A DNA stretch of 63,057 nt, counting the filler, from Sluysia triapertura (taxonomy: Eukaryota), in the NCBI GenBank assembly GCA_046118255.1. It is 4 parts of 4 records of this genome, joined end to end, with 100 filler letters (N's around TTAATTAATTAA, not from the genome) between each part and the next. Parts side by side here need not be neighbours in the genome. Positions count along the whole stretch, not along the records: positions 1 to 17,890 come from JBJNIA010184168.1; 3 more parts are not named here. One strand, written 5' to 3'. Below, in pieces: positions 1 through 14,773 of this stretch (within the stretch, counting starts at the first letter, position 1; each line of letters opens with the position of its first letter). The notes beneath the pieces were generated by a model. That model did not search any database, was not told where the DNA came from, and saw only the letters and a list, made by a program, of their open reading frames with translations. The position numbers and the translations under genes were made by a program.

Positions 1-71
<71 letters not shown>
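1..71. repeat. (ATT)n microsatellite at contig start
   Basis: Perfect ATT run. Confidence 0.98.
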
Positions 72-72
<1 letters not shown>

Positions 73-2006
73 CATAGAAATAAATATTTATTATTTATTC
101 TAAATTTATATTAATTTGATTGTTGTTGTTATCAATAGTATTGTGGTAAAAATAGTCTTTCTTTTAGCCTTCACTGTGTTTTTTGAAATCAGAGAGAAAG
201 TGATTTCTACGATATTGAATGCCATTGCATAACAATCGAATATTTAAAATATTTTAAATTTTAATACATTGTCCATTAAAAAATACATGTTTTACAGTAC
301 ACAACAATATTATTATTTTAATTATTATTATTGTCATACTACTATTTATTTTAATTTTTAAAAATTATCATCACCTTCACAGCTATTCTTATTTTCGTTT
401 AGTTATTATGAATTTTAAGTTAAATTACAACTTTAAGTTAAATGACATGTTCATGAACAATTTAAAATCGAGAAAAAAAATACTATTCGAGAGCGCTATA
501 ATATTGCTGAGGGACATCTTAAATATCGCACATTTAAACTCCTAAGCTCGCCGATTAACAATGTCTCAAAGTACTTACTCGATCTATGTTGTCTTATTTT
601 CAATATCAAATTTTGAAATCTCAGCAAATCATGGATAAGAATTATATTGATGTCATTAATTGGAATGTCGTAGTATGAGGTTTCAATCAATTCTTATGAT
701 TAAATCTTGAGACGCATCGTCCTATAATCAATTTACTCAGTTGTATAACTCATACTTACTTTGAGATCGAACATCACTGCGAGTTGTGTTACACCTATTC
801 TTTTTGTCTTAATAAACAATGTTACACAAACACCGCCGCCGATATTGTAATTGGTGTCAACTATTACTTGATCACATGCAAGGTCTCTTAATCCATTATA
901 GATCCCATTTTAACTTGTGAAAATCACTCCCACGTGATTTATTCCGTTCAAATTCATCTTTTTTCATAATAGCATTAACCAGAAACTCGCTGAACACAAT
1001 CTATCTAATGAGGTGAAGGTTTGAAAGACGTAATCGATTATTCAGGAACACTCATGACACCATTTATGATAAGTTAAAATACGTTGGGTTCTATGAGTCG
1101 ATTGTTTATGTGATGTGGTTTATAATGTACAGTAGTGTTTAATACCGAATGAAGAGGATATAAATAAATCATAAATGTGAGAACGTTTAAGAAGCCGCGA
1201 TGCTGTCAGTCGCAAAAGCAAGTGGAAAAATTTGACATTTGTTCAATATTAAAAAATATGAAATATGAAGAACTTTGGTTTTAATGTCTGTAGACGTTTT
1301 GATGCAGATATAAGTTTCGATTCCTTGTCGAAAAAAGATAATACTCAAAATGAATAAATATGAACTTGCTGTAATTTATAAAATATTCTTTTAAATTACA
1401 TTATAAGATTGAAAATTTAAATTAAAATCCAAATTTACAACTTTACTAATATTTACTAATTTCCTCGGTCCTTTATGTCCCCAAAAAAATTCGAATAACG
1501 CATCAAATACGTTTTGATAAAATACGAACAATCAGACGGATATTCTATTTCCCATTCATTCAAATAGTAATTATTTAACATTGTAACAAAATGTAACTCT
1601 GTTGAAATTGTAAAATTAAAACATTAAAAAAGTGTTAAAAACAGTATGTTATGTAATCACATAATATTATGCTTCTATATGAAAAATTAGTATTACGCTT
1701 ACAATTATTATAATTATGATTATAATTAGATAGTAATGGGATGGCATTAGGCCTAAGGTTATGATGCACGATACAATAATTTTGAGTAAGAAACAATATC
1801 CACGAAGTAAAACTGAAAAAAGCAGATGACAACTTTCCATGTACAATATCAAAGTACGATGAGGTGTAAATAAAGAAAAGTGTACTATTGATCCATCGTA
1901 GAATATAACATAATGGAAGTCTGTCATGAACTATTTACCTTGAAAAAATAATCAAGATTAATATCAGTTTTTGGCTAAGGTCCAAAGATAAAAATAAAAA
2001 ACAAAC

Positions 2007-5000
2007 CAATTTGAAGAAATGAGGATCAATAAGTTGACAGTCGATGATCACATGAGTCACAGTAGATCCAGTATATGTATTTACAGTTTCTCCACCATGA
2101 CTACGAATAGCAGCCAACCATTGTTGTCGCTTGTACTCCGGTTCATAATCGTAACCAATCAAATAGAAGCAACAACCAATGAAACAATTATCTCTCGTGA
2201 TTGGTTGTTGATGCTTGTGTGGATAAACTTGATAGTGTGGTGGAAGTGAAACTATTTCATGACCATAATATTGAGGATATCGTAATATTACTGATGTAAA
2301 TAAGGCTTGTTGTGGCTGTTGATGTGATTGTTGTTGAATGTGAGTTGGTGGTGGACCGTTTATTTGTCGATTGTGCATCTGCATGGCATGAGGATGTGTA
2401 GCATGCATGTGATGGTGATAAGGACTTGCTGTAGCAGCATTTACATGGTGAGGATGATGATGCGAAGAAATATGAGGTGATGCACTTGGGCCACCTTGTA
2501 AGCCTGAAGTGTCCAACCCACCTAATGTAGTTGCAGTAACAATGTTAGCAGACTGGTTGTGATCAGGTCCCTGAATTAACGAATATCCAGGACCAGTTTG
2601 AACTCGTATACCTTTAGTTTAGAAGAAATCATTGAATAAACAGGAAATAAAGTACAACTCACTTAAGCTTTACGTCTTAGATCTACTTTTTAACATAGAT
2701 CGAAACAATTTTCAAAATATTTAAGTTAAACAATGTTTTACTAACTTATACCTCTAATAGAAATCCAAGGAAAGGTTATTTCTGCTAACTTATATTTGAA
2801 AGTAAAAACATTTTAAAACCATTTCATATTGAAACAGAATTGAACGTTACAAATTTATTATTTGAAAACTTTATTATTAAAGATCTATTTCTGATTCTAA
2901 ATTGTCCTCTGGAATATCCACTTTCAAAGAAAGCATTGTTAATAAAAATTTCCTGATGAATTACAATATGCTATAAGTATTTTTGATACTGGGTTTGTAA
3001 AAATATTTCATATATTTCATATAATATTTCATATAATGCAATAACTACCTGGTGATATTTGTGGCTGTGCTTGTAAAATAGACCGTACCGGTGTTCCTGC
3101 AGGTATTACACCAGGTCCTGTGGCTATATGAAGTTGCTGTTGTTGTGATAACGGTGTAGTTGTAGTCATAATACGATTATGTTGTATTATTTGTTGTTGT
3201 TGCTGCTGTTGTAACATAACTGTTGTTTGATTATTCAACGCTTGAGTACTAATCAACATACCAGTATTTGTCGGATTGGATAATGAAACATTAGTTGTCA
3301 TTAATGCACTTGTCGGTGCCCCACTATTGATTACACCAGGACGAAGCTGAAATTATAGATTCGCATTGTACACAAACTAAAGTAAAAATCATATTTAAGC
3401 GGACTTTTATCCGTTAACTACGACAAAAAATATTTGCAATTTTTCCAGTAATATTTTCATGTTCTAAAACCAAATATTGAAATACAAAACATAATTATTA
3501 AAATTTATTAAAATGCAAATTAAAATCGCTTATTTAAATTGCGGTGATTCTAAACATGAACAAAGTTTTATACATATAAAATATTTTAACTTAATGACAG
3601 AATTATAATAAAAAACAGATTAAATTTCCATTAAAGTTATATGCTCTACAAATCATATTGAAATTGTAACCGAAAATCTTATTTTAAAATTGCACTTAAT
3701 CATTCTATAGAAATAGCTGTTGTTGAAGAGGCAAGTCCAGTAACGAGTACACGGAAGAATTTGACATTAGGAAAAAATGTAGTCAGACATGGCTAACATT
3801 CGACCAGCGGACAACTTTTCAACATACAATTCAACTTCCAGCTATTAATCGAGTGAATATTTAAAAATATACCTGTTTAAATGAAATATTTACTTAATTT
3901 GCAATATAGAAGTTTCCAAGTCTTTGTTTAAATTCAGCATTGTTTCAATTAGGTACGATATTATTTACGAATTAATACGGTATTTAATATTTTATACTGA
4001 GAAAGACCTTTTCCACAAAGGATGGCTTCCAAAATGCGAAAAGTAGATTTAGAATGCCGAATATTTAATGAAGAATGGAGATTGAAATATTTTTTCGCTA
4101 TGTACAATAATGAAGCGGTATGTCTTATTTGTAACTCAAGTGTGACAGTTTTAAAGGAATACAACTTGAGAAGACAGCTGAAGAAAGTCGAAAAAAAACA
4201 AGCCGCTGATTTGGCAATAAAATTGACTTGACAGCAAAATGTATTATTAAAGCAAAATCGCTTAAATGATTCTGCTAATGAAGCAAGTTTATTAGTAACA
4301 AAACATATTTCTCTGTGTGGATTTGCCGAAGGAGAATTTGCAAAAAAATGCCTGATGGATGTTTGCGATGTTATGTGTCCAGAAGTGAAAAATAAGGCTA
4401 TCTAGGGAAACTATTGTTAGAAGAATAGAAGATTTAAATGCTGATATATATAATCAATTACTAGATAATTTAAAATCAACCAATTTTTATGCACTAGCTC
4501 TGGGAGAAAGTTGTGATGTAAAAAATACTGCTCAATTGTTAATTTTTATCAGGACATTCACCGAAGATTTTCAAAATTCAGAGGAACTTCTATCAGTTGT
4601 TCCAATGAAAGGCAATGAAAGGGAAAAGATCTTTACCGAGAGACTGAAAAGTGTCTTGAAGTGCAATGTAGATTGGAAAAAATAGATGAATGTTACAACA
4701 AATTGATCGGAAGATAAGATTTTCGAAATCAATCAAAATCAAAAACTTAAACCCATGCATTATGCAGAAATACCTTAAAAATCGATCATGTCACAAATGT
4801 AGTTGTGAAATTAGTGAAACAGTTACATTACGAGTATCAATAAAGAATCCAGAGATTAATATGAAAATAATTAAAAGACAAGAAAGATCATACAAATGAA
4901 GAAAAAGGAAATTCTATGTTTATTTATGCGAAAAAGAACTAAAGCCATATTCAAAAGAAAACAGAATTTGTACTTTTATCAAAATGTACCTATTTTATTT

Positions 5001-8000
5001 ATGTGATTACGTTATATTTCTCATAAATATAATAATAAAAATTAATATTCTAATTTAAAGTCAATATGGCTGTTTATTTACAAATTAATATAATACAAAA
5101 TGGCCGACAATATTGGCCCTTAACGTAAGCAATGCACGTATATCTTGGTGTGTGTGTTTAATAATTTAGTGACAATAAACTACATCAATACTCATATCCA
5201 ATCAAACGCGAATTGGCTACCTCAATGCAAATTCACATTTCATTGGATGTTTATGTCTAAATGTAAAAACACAAAATATGTATGCGTGCGAGTATTAAAT
5301 GTACAAAGTTATGTGTGCACGTATGCATTGTTTATAGTTGAAAGTATAATGTACAATTAAAAAGTTCGTGAACAAACGGAAAAACAACCGAAATAGCAAT
5401 GAATAAAATCAGTTAAAAGAATATTAAAAATTAGTAAAATAATCAGCAATTAGAAACTTATATAACCATGAGTTTTATCATGAACATATGCCTCCATCAA
5501 CGTGACCTTGAAATAACCTTTTAATCATTGTCATTTAACAACAACTTTAAAAAATCCTGCTTCTCCATTAACCACTTACAGACAATATAAAACCATCTCA
5601 GTACTATCATATAAACAGCTTCAATATTATGCTCATATAAATGAAGTCGTTCCGAAAAAAATTCGATATGACCCGTTAGTCCTTAAAGAATCAAAGTAAG
5701 AAAGGAAATTGCGTTATATCTAAACAATTAACACATTAAAGGCGGGAGTCGCCGCAGTGCTACGATTTATTTCTACTGTAGCTTAAAGGCGGGAGTCGTA
5801 TTAGTACGGTTTGAAACCACATTGCGCAATCCATGAGCCACTTTACATTTGTATTTAGTATGTTTTGTGGTTTGAAGTTGTTCGGTTGTTCAAATTCTAC
5901 TACAGTAAATATTATCCCACGCCTTTAATATGTTAATATTATAAACATGCTTAATACCATATAGTCAGTATTTAAATAATATGCAAAGGATCTAAAAATT
6001 AATTTGATAATAAATATTTATTTTATGGTAATTGTAGCCATTTTGTTTATTTTTTTAATTTATTATTTTAGTATTTTTATGTTTCTTATTATCAATGATA
6101 TTTTTGTTATAAATTTATATATATAAATGACCTATTTTTCAAGTTTATATGTGCTTAAATAACATTCAAAATGCTGTTAATCAATGAGATAAGTTTAGAT
6201 TTAGCAGTTCAGAAAGGAAAGTATATAAAAGTGGATTTAGAATTAATATTACTAATACGATCGATGATACATCTTTACATGCAGCTGTTTCACAAGGATA
6301 TGAAAATATTAAACTCTTAATTAATCTTGATTCTATTAAATGAACAGTAATTTAGTTCAAAACACAGTGTAAAGTCATTGTTAAGTTAGTGAAAATAAAA
6401 CACTGTACAAAGAAAATAAAGTAAAAGTGAATTCTCGAAGTGTTTTTGTATTAATTATCTATGAACAAAAATGAATCATTTAAAATCAAGATCTGTTGTA
6501 TCATTAAAGTGAAAGGTTACAATAGATTTTTGACAAAGATGATACATGGTCGATCAATTTGAATTTAAAGTACATTGTTCGTTGGTATTTCAAAATTTCA
6601 CCAAAGTCAATTTATTGTTGAATAAATTGTGGAATAAGTACGGAACTTATCAGAAATTTTATAATTTGTTTGGGTTTAAAATGAAAAGTTTCGTCTTATT
6701 ACGAATTTGTGAAGAAGTAAAGATTAGTTAAATATTTTGAACATATTTAAATTAACTTTTATTATGAATACAAAAGACATTACAAAGTGTACAAGGGCGA
6801 CACAGTTTGTAATCATTTTAAAACCTAATGGCACTGTCAAATATTCTTACAACATAACAATAATGTTGTTATAAAATGTTAATTCTCACACAATCTATGA
6901 GCTGAAGCTGATGCCAGGTTCGACTACATTTTTAAAATTTGAAATAGCATCAGAATGAACTTATATTTATAATTTCTCAATCGTCAAATTCTGTATCCTC
7001 GATAAGACGTTAAAACAGATGAGTCTGTCATTTTGTATAACTTAATTTATGCGTTACGCGCAAGCAAACCATTTCATCCATCTTCTCACTATACGCATTC
7101 CATCATAAAGTTTGGCAACATACGTCTTTAAGTTTCGACGTGAGTTTCCAAAACAAAATGCAGATAATATGTACACCAATACACTCATTTGTTATAATTT
7201 TATGCAATTGCTCAATTAATTGTAAGAACTCGTGTTTTCAAACATACAATGTGATTTTGTTTAATCTATTGTGATCCTATATTTATTTCGTGATTAAAAT
7301 GATAAACATAATAATCTGATGAATACAATGATGACCATGATTAAAAAACATATCGAGATCGAATAGTAATTATTTCAAGATTTACTAATTTAAAAACTAC
7401 CGTTCTCTAATTCATAAATATAAATAATGACTGATTCATGTAAATAAATAGTTATTTTTAAAACTAAGTAAATAAGCGAGTTCTATTTAATATTTCAATA
7501 TTAAATCAATAATGATTTACAATCTTTTGATTTTTAAACATTCGACATATTAAGAACAAATTTGAAGATGTGCATTTTATCAATAATTTTAATTAAGTTA
7601 TATAATTTCTTATTGGTGTTTAAATCTTCAAAACACATGCACCTTTATAAAGGAATACGTCCCAAAATCATACTCAAATGCGCTTCTCATATGCAGATAG
7701 TTTAATTTTATTAGAGTCGTTGAATTTTTATTGAGATCTGCATTCCTGGAATGCTTCTTGTGCACAGCTCAATCGCACTATATTCATTAATGTAGGAAAT
7801 GAAATGTTATTGGCAATACTTTTCAATTATTAATTGTAAATGTGTTAGTCATTAGTCATTGGATGAGCCGTTTAAATATAAAATTATTTACTGCATCTTA
7901 GTAAAAGATTTTCGCCTTCGAAAAACGCAACAAAACACACATTGTGAAAGACGTTAAAAAAGTATTATATTTGAAAAATTTTAATTGCAAAATACTTTGA

Positions 8001-11000
8001 TGAAAAAAAATTAAAATCCAAAATCAAACCATTAATTAAAAAAAGCAGAAAAGTAACTAACTAATTAATTAATAATAAAGCATTAATCATTAGAAATAAG
8101 AATTCACGCTACTTTAGTGATGTCCATAATTAATCTCACCAATTACTTGCTAATTACAATAAACATATAATTTCCAGACTTTCCTATTGATAAATCATAT
8201 TTATTTGTAAGTTATAAATATTTTAAGTTGAACCTCCATTTCAATATATTCATTCATAACGCCACTATAACAAAAAAAACTTCATAAATAAAATAAACAC
8301 CTTTTTAATAATAAAAAATGTAATGTTTCTGTTTTATTATAAATTAAGAAAATTAAATATTAAGAAACAGTGCTAATTCTTTAACAAAAATTAAATTTTA
8401 ATTCTTTATATCAAAAATACAATATTGTGTCTATGAAATATTAATATTTTTTCAACAAGTCGCTGCTATTTCGTGATTGTGATAGCAGTCTGCTAGCGCT
8501 ATTTTTAATTAACAGCTAAAAATAGCAGAATATCAAATATCATAACATCTCTAGTGCACATGTATAATTGCTTTATGAATTTGTAAGTATATTTGCTTTG
8601 CAATTTTATTCATGATGATTGTTCTACATCAAGAACGTAAATCATGGAATTACTTGAATTGGTAAAAAACAACATAAATATTCCAAGAAAAAACAAAAGT
8701 TTGTTAGTAAAATCGAACAATTTGTTTAGATTGCCCTAGTTTTCGCACCTTTGAGTTATAATACTATTTTTAATTGTTCATTAACTATTCATTATTTCAA
8801 AATATTTAACATCAATAATTAAATGGTGGTATCAAGATCTACAGAAGATATCACTAACAGAGGATGTATTTCCAAGGCTGTCTAATTGTCATAAATCAAT
8901 TTGACTTTAGAAAGATACGTAGAACCTTGGATACAAATAATACATCTATAAACAATCATATTTTCTCATCTATCATCTATTATAAGTCAGCTTTTGTTTG
9001 ATGGTGATATAACAACTCGATCTGTTGATAAGCTGTCTCATTTTAGCTAAGTCGAAATAAATTCTATTTAAACTGTTCGAAAACGAAATGTTAATTTGCA
9101 ATTGTACGAAATGAGTGATATTAAAATATTTATTCTAACACGACTAGTGCGGCTATAGCCGTCAATTTATGTCAACTTGAAAGAAAATGACGGCTCTAGC
9201 CGACAAAAATATTTCCATTAATAAAAACGCACCATAATGAACACAGTGCATTAATGCAGTCTCCCAATCAACGGCTAAGAACATTTTTTGTACGAATAGT
9301 AAAGTCTTGAACAAATCAGAACACATTATGATAAGCCGTAAACAGTTTTCCTCTGAAAATTTTTAAAATGCGTGATACTTTTAGTTTCTATACATACAAA
9401 TTATGTTTATTTGCTTGAGGGGCAGCATCAAATAATTTTTAAAAAGAGCGTTTGGGGACAATATGAGGAAAAAAACGTGTTAATCACCATAAAGTTAAAT
9501 TTTAATGAAATTTACAATTATAATATACTCAATTAATAACTAATTAAAAAGAATTGTTAAGACATGTTAAAGATTGACAAACGTATTATTTAAGGCTAGC
9601 ACAATGAATTTTAATTTTAATAATACTATAAAAATGGCATGCGATAATGTTTCTTTTCTGAATTTTAGTTCACAGAAAAAGTTACTTTAATTTTATTTAG
9701 AAATATTAAATTATTTTTAGAAATTTTAAAATTACTCTCACACAGTTTATTCTTTTGTTGCGTAGTGACGGACAAACAAATATCATTTTTTTAAAATAAA
9801 TTATTAATAAAAAGTTATTAGCAAGTAAAGTGTATAAATATGGAAAATGTATAAATAAATTCAAATCATAGAATACAATTATTATTCACATAAAACTTTA
9901 AAATAAACGTTGAAAATATTCATTGTAATATGTTATTTTATGCTCGATTAAACTAATATTACAATAAGTGTAAAAGTTTTATCTGAATAATAAATTAGAT
10001 TTAATGAAACTGCAGCATATAAATTATAAGTAATAAATATAAATACCTGCATCCAANNNNNNNNNNNNNNNNNNNNNNNNNNNNNNNNNNNNNNNNNNNN
10101 NNNNNNNNNNNNNNNNNNNNNNNNNNNNNNNNNNNNNNNNNNNNNNNNNNNNNNNNNNNNNNNNNNNNNNNNNNNNNNNNNNNNNNNNNNNNNNNNNNNN
10201 NNNNNNNNNNNNNNNNNNNNNNNNNNNNNNNNNNNNNNNNNNNNNNNNNNNNNNNNNNNNNNNNNNNNNNNNNNNNNNNNNNNNNNTAATAAAAGATTAT
10301 TATCAATTAAAAAAATGAAAACTAATTATTTTTAATTTAATACAAAATTAGATATAATAAATATATAACAGTATATATTCTCATTATATTTCTTAAGATT
10401 GTGTTATAATGATTAATTTCGATAATTGTGAAATTGTAGTTTGAAAAGTGTAAGATTTTTAATCTTTACAATAAGTAAAAATATAATAGTTGTAAATTTA
10501 CAATGCATTGAGTATAAATAAATGAATATGTCAATCAAAAGTAAATTAATTACGCACAATATGTAAAAACAAAACTGATGACATTATAAAAATTTTCCCT
10601 TAATTTTCTACACAATCTTATTGAACAATCTATTTTTGGTATTATTTTTGATGAGTTTGTAGGTTTGTACATGTTAGTAATATTGTTCAGAACGTCGCAT
10701 GTAAAAGCCGTTCAGAAAAAATCATATTGAAAGGGGGTTAAGTGTGGTCTGACGTGAAATATACTAAAAATTGCTGCAATAAAGCAAGACTGATTAAATG
10801 TGATACACATGCTGAACTCAGAAGTAATTAAACAGAGAAAAAAACAATAACCTAATTTTATTTTTAAAACAATTATATGCGTATTTTTAATTTTAGCGCC
10901 ATTGCTTACAACATGCATGGATTTTATAGCAGCAAGTGAAACAACGAAGATATTTACGCGCCCATAAGCTGAAAAATGACCGGATTTCTTCAAAATTAGG

Positions 11001-13022
11001 AAAGCTCTAGAAAGTGTCCTAGTGTGAATGGTACTTTGAAATATAAAACTTGGTTCTTTTATCTTTTGACTTTTCTATATGAGTTTAAAGAGACTTAGCT
11101 TTTCCTGCGTTTTGTGCAACTTCAAAAACCTGTAATTACATTTAACATTGTAAAGAAAATAAATAAAATAGTTGAATGCATGAATATTTTGAAAAGTAAA
11201 ACTAACAGCAGCTGTTTGTTGTTGTTGTTGCTGGGACGCTGCTACTGCTACTGCTGTTGCTGGTGGTGGTTGAGGATGATGTTGTGAAACTAAGTGAGAC
11301 CCAACAATTGAATGATTCGTTGTTATTGTACCTTGAGTTGTCAAAGCACTGTTATTAATATTGGTGTTGTTAGTGACTGGAATCGGTTGTTGTGATTGCT
11401 GTTGTATCTGGAACACTTGTGATGTTGGTTGAGTAACTACAGGTTGTTGTTGTTGTTGAGTAGTTGTTAGATGCACCACACCCTGAGATGGTGATATCAA
11501 TGCAGCCGTTGCATTACAACCTAGAAAATTAATTATATACTAACGGAGAGGCAAAAGTCGAATGGAAATTTCTAAAAAAAATTTAATACATCGAACCTTT
11601 TTAGTATTTAGATCTTATGTCATATAGTAAATGAAGTAAAAAAAAACCAACAAATATCATCAGTACATTCTTCAATAAGTACGTGATCATTCATAACGAT
11701 TTCCTAAATTATTTCATTAAATACAATCCGATAAAATCAACACGTTTGCAGAATGTCCCATGGAAAGGACTGTTCCTCAACTTACACTTAAGAAAAATAC
11801 TTCAAACGACTGCGATGCAAATCTGCGTTTGTAGCACAGAAGGGAGACATTTTTAAAAATATTTAAAATACAAATTCGAATACTTAATTAAAACCACTTT
11901 ATAATTAAATGAAATGAATGACCTTCGAACACTATGATATTACTTGTGGTTCACGAATTTCATATTTATAAATATGTTCTTATTCATTCTTGTTAAACGT
12001 CTACTTTTCATCTGAATTTATCATACCTTCAAAATGTAACTCTATTTAGCATCTATATTTAATTGTTTCATTTTTACACCAATTTCTTTGTCAGGAATAC
12101 TGATTGTAGATGTAGAGAAATTAACATATGCTGAAAGTAATCGAATCGATGACTGAATATTTTTTGAAATATAAAATCGAAAAGAAACGCTGTTTCTTAA
12201 ATGAAAGGTAAACATTGCTGTCTTCATTTCTTTTATAATAATCTCCTTATGATTTTGTCAATGACTGTAAAGCTTGAAAAGCCATTTTTATGTTTTATGA
12301 CTCGTAACTATCGGGAAAATGGCGAACATGTTACATTTTCTGTTATTTGAGTTCCAAGTTCCACAGTTTCTTGATAATTACAATACTTAAAGTAATTTTC
12401 ATTCTGTCGATTGTTATTTAGAATCTGGAAGATTCACTTTGCATCCTCTGAAACAATTTGTGCATATTTCATTGTAATACTTGCATTTAGAAATCCACAG
12501 AACATTTTGCGATAACTGACTTGCCAAATCTTATTTTTCTTTAATTTCTCCTAAACTTTTGCTGGTCTTCTCGGACAATGGGTGAAAACATGGTAATCGA
12601 GAAAATTGAAATATCGGATTATATAACCACAATGAATAAGCACATCACTTATTCTATGTAAACAATTTAACACAAAATACTAAATTGATTTTTAAAGATA
12701 TAATATTGACAATTAAGCCTATACCTGCTGCCGAATTCCACTGACCCATAGCTGTAGAACCAGGAATATTAATAATCTGTTGTGGTGGCTTTTGTGGCGA
12801 TGGTAAAGTTTGTTGTTGTGAATATTGTCTTTGATACTGTCTTTGTTGTTGTTGCTGTTGTTGTTGAATCAAGATATTTCCATGTGCTGTTGAAGCAATA
12901 TTTTGTGCCGCTTGACAACTTTTAGAAACCATCATTGTCGTAGGTGTTATAGATAATCCAGAAGCAGATTTGTCAGGTTGAGATATAATTGAATCTAAAT
13001 TTTCCGTAGAAATATCCAAACT
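2007..13022 (-). CDS. PAXIP1: PAXIP1/PTIP-like BRCT protein, partial (Q/H-rich middle region plus start of a BRCT domain)
   Basis: Four phase-compatible GT-AG exons: 13022-12725, 11520-11207, 3346-3049, 2611-2007. A polyQ/His-rich region is followed by YYGHE...FIGCCFYLIGYDYE...WLAAIRSHGGETVNTYTGSTVTHVIID, matching the PTIP BRCT that follows the polyQ region (GHDP...LLGCVFAIADY...WKRIIQAHGGTV...THLL). The 5' and 3' exons were not located. Confidence 0.8.
3784..4830 (+). mobile_element. Decayed hAT transposon (SPIN/GTF2IRD2-like transposase pseudogene) in PAXIP1 intron
   Basis: hAT-like end CAGACATGGCTAAC...CGACCAGCGG at 3784. ORF 4022 reads MASKMRKVDLECRIFNEEWRLKYFF...AVCLICNSSVTVLKEYNLRR. 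Downstream frameshifted FAEGEFAKKC and ALALGESCDVKNTAQLLIFIR motifs follow. Confidence 0.85.
5740..5924. mobile_element. TTAA-flanked MITE (Kolobok-like AGG ends), left end duplicated
   Basis: TTAA|AGGCGGGAG at 5740 and again at 5787; CCCACGCCT|TTAA ending at 5924. Confidence 0.55.
6170..6340 (+). pseudogene. Degenerate ankyrin-repeat fragment
   Basis: Translates with disruptions to LDLAVQKG...INITNTIDDTSLHAAVSQGYENIKLLINL, resembling the T(P/S)LHxAx..G ankyrin consensus. Confidence 0.5.
6750..7400 (-). mobile_element. Highly decayed L2/CR1-type LINE RT remnant
   Basis: Scattered post-YADD-like motifs (IVRRWMK, NLG-like, LVHFVMS) with many disruptions. Confidence 0.35.
9139..9479. mobile_element. 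piggyBac-like MITE
   Basis: (C)TAA|CACG...CGTG|TTAA ends; inverted subterminal motif CGGCTATAGCCGTCA / TGACGGCTCTAGCCG. Confidence 0.45.
10037..10286. other. Assembly gap (250 N)
   Basis: N run. Confidence 0.99.
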
Positions 13023-13329
13023 CTAAAATTAATAATTTGACTTAAATAACCCAGTAAAATCGAAAAATAGCAAACATCAATTTTATCCTTAATATTCAAA
13101 GTACATATCAAATTTAGACTGGAAATATATTTCTTGATACTTACAAATCGAACCCTTTGTTGCAGTTAAAAATTAATATATTGAATTACTATTTCACAAA
13201 CGAATCAAATTTCAATCATTAAGTCATCGAAATACTAATCAGTTTCAACTTTATGTAAAAGCAGATTGTCCTTTAGTTTTATTTTAATGTGGAAGTATCA
13301 TTTAATAAATCCATAAAACTTTACTTATT

Positions 13330-13484
13330 GTTAGGTCGTCATCAAGACCCTCTAAAATCATTAAAAATGCATTACAATTATTTATAAATATCCAAAAAAG
13401 TGTTTATTTTCCAAAAAAGAAAATAACATTTCTAAAAAAATTTGCTTCTAGAAATAGAATAGAAGCTTCTATAATGTTCTAGAA
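13330..13484 (-). repeat. Dispersed repeat family copy (also ~28100-28455 and ~33510-33720, plus strand)
   Basis: Reverse complement matches the GAACATT(C/A)(T/C)AGAAG(C/T)TTCTAT(T/A)CTATTT core; the GATGAC(G/A)ACC(C)TAACAATA motif is shared with the 28100 copy. Confidence 0.7.
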
Positions 13485-13862
13485 CAGGGCTTCTTAAACT
13501 TTTTTATATAGCGACCCCCTTCAAGTTTAGGAAATTTTAAACGACCCCCTCCTCCATATAATGAAATATATATTAACCGTAGATGTAGATGTAATATCGC
13601 ACTATTTTACAATGTAAATAAAATAAGGATTAAAGAATACGTACCCATTCATTTCACATATATATAATTGGAAACGTTGACGGGATATCGGTCGTAATAA
13701 AACACAATAAATAGAATGACATAAAACTATATATATATTTGATTTTCATTTGTATTTATATTTGTACGTAGTGTGTATATTAATTTTAAAATTTTATTTA
13801 TAATGATTGAAAAGTATCAGATCTTTGCGAACCCCTTTCAGTAGTCTCGCGACCCATAGTTT
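13485..13862. mobile_element. hAT/Charlie-like MITE, right end truncated
   Basis: TCTAGAA|CAGGGCTTCTTAAACTTTTT...GCGACCCC at the start and GCGACCCATAGTTT near the end. Confidence 0.7.
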
Positions 13863-13865
13863 TTT

Positions 13866-14201
13866 TTTCTAGGTTTAACGTCTAATTTTAATAATTACTG
13901 ATTTATTTCGAGTTATGAATTACAATTGATTTTGATATTTCATATTTTGATGAAATAAAGTTAAATATGTAGTGAGATTTTTTAAAGTGTTTAGTGTTAA
14001 TTTGTTTTATCGATGTTAGTTAAATCTTAAGTTTCATTGTGTTTTATTTGTTTTTTGAATAGTGACATTTATATGCTGTGTTATTTCTAGGTTTAACGTC
14101 TAATTTTAATAATTACTGATTTATTTCGAGTTATGTATGAATTATAATTTCTTTTGATATTTCATATTTTGATGAAATAAAGTTAAATATGTAATGAGAT
14201 T
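13866..14201. repeat. ~115-bp direct repeat (13866-13980 and 14085-14201)
   Basis: TTTCTAGGTTTAACGTCTAATTTTAATAATTACTG...GAGATT is present twice. Confidence 0.9.
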
Positions 14202-14773
14202 AGGGCTTGTTTAATTTTCGTATAAAAAGCATAATACGTAAATGTATATCATAAGTGAACTTTGATTCATTATTGATATCTAATCTTGTCTTTATAACTT
14301 TAACCGTGTTTGATCTCAAACGTAAGAAAAGCTCTCCGTTACCCTTTAGATAGAACTGCCAAAATGTTTGAGTTTTAAATATAAGGTATAAAAATCAAGA
14401 TAAATGATAGATATTATAAAACAAAAAGATGTACTTACATAGAGATGCATATACATACATACGGTAAAACAACAATGATAATGTCAGCAATAATTCTAAT
14501 AATAATATTAAATAATCATGGCCTTCCTGTTTTATATTTAAGTGTTGGAAATCTTCGTCTCATTGGTTTGTTAAGTGACTAGGCAAACCTAATTCTCAAC
14601 TAAATGATCATTTTCGTCGTTTTTGTAGCTCTCCTAAGAACCATATTTTGAGTGGCACTACAATTCTATCGAGTGTCTCCTTGTTTTGTTGATGTTTCAT
14701 TGCAACAATCAGATTTTACACTGAAATTTACGTTAAGTAAACTAGACATTGCTGAACTCATACTTACCATTAA

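Noticed and set aside
480-1200. LINE endonuclease remnant (GGGVC motif)
   Set aside because: A single short motif, too degraded to call.
1635-1935. Next PAXIP1 exon
   Set aside because: No frame gives the expected BRCT continuation (..VT..WL..); treated as intronic.
10001-10306. ORFs spanning N runs (also 23730-23996)
   Set aside because: Artefacts of assembly gaps.
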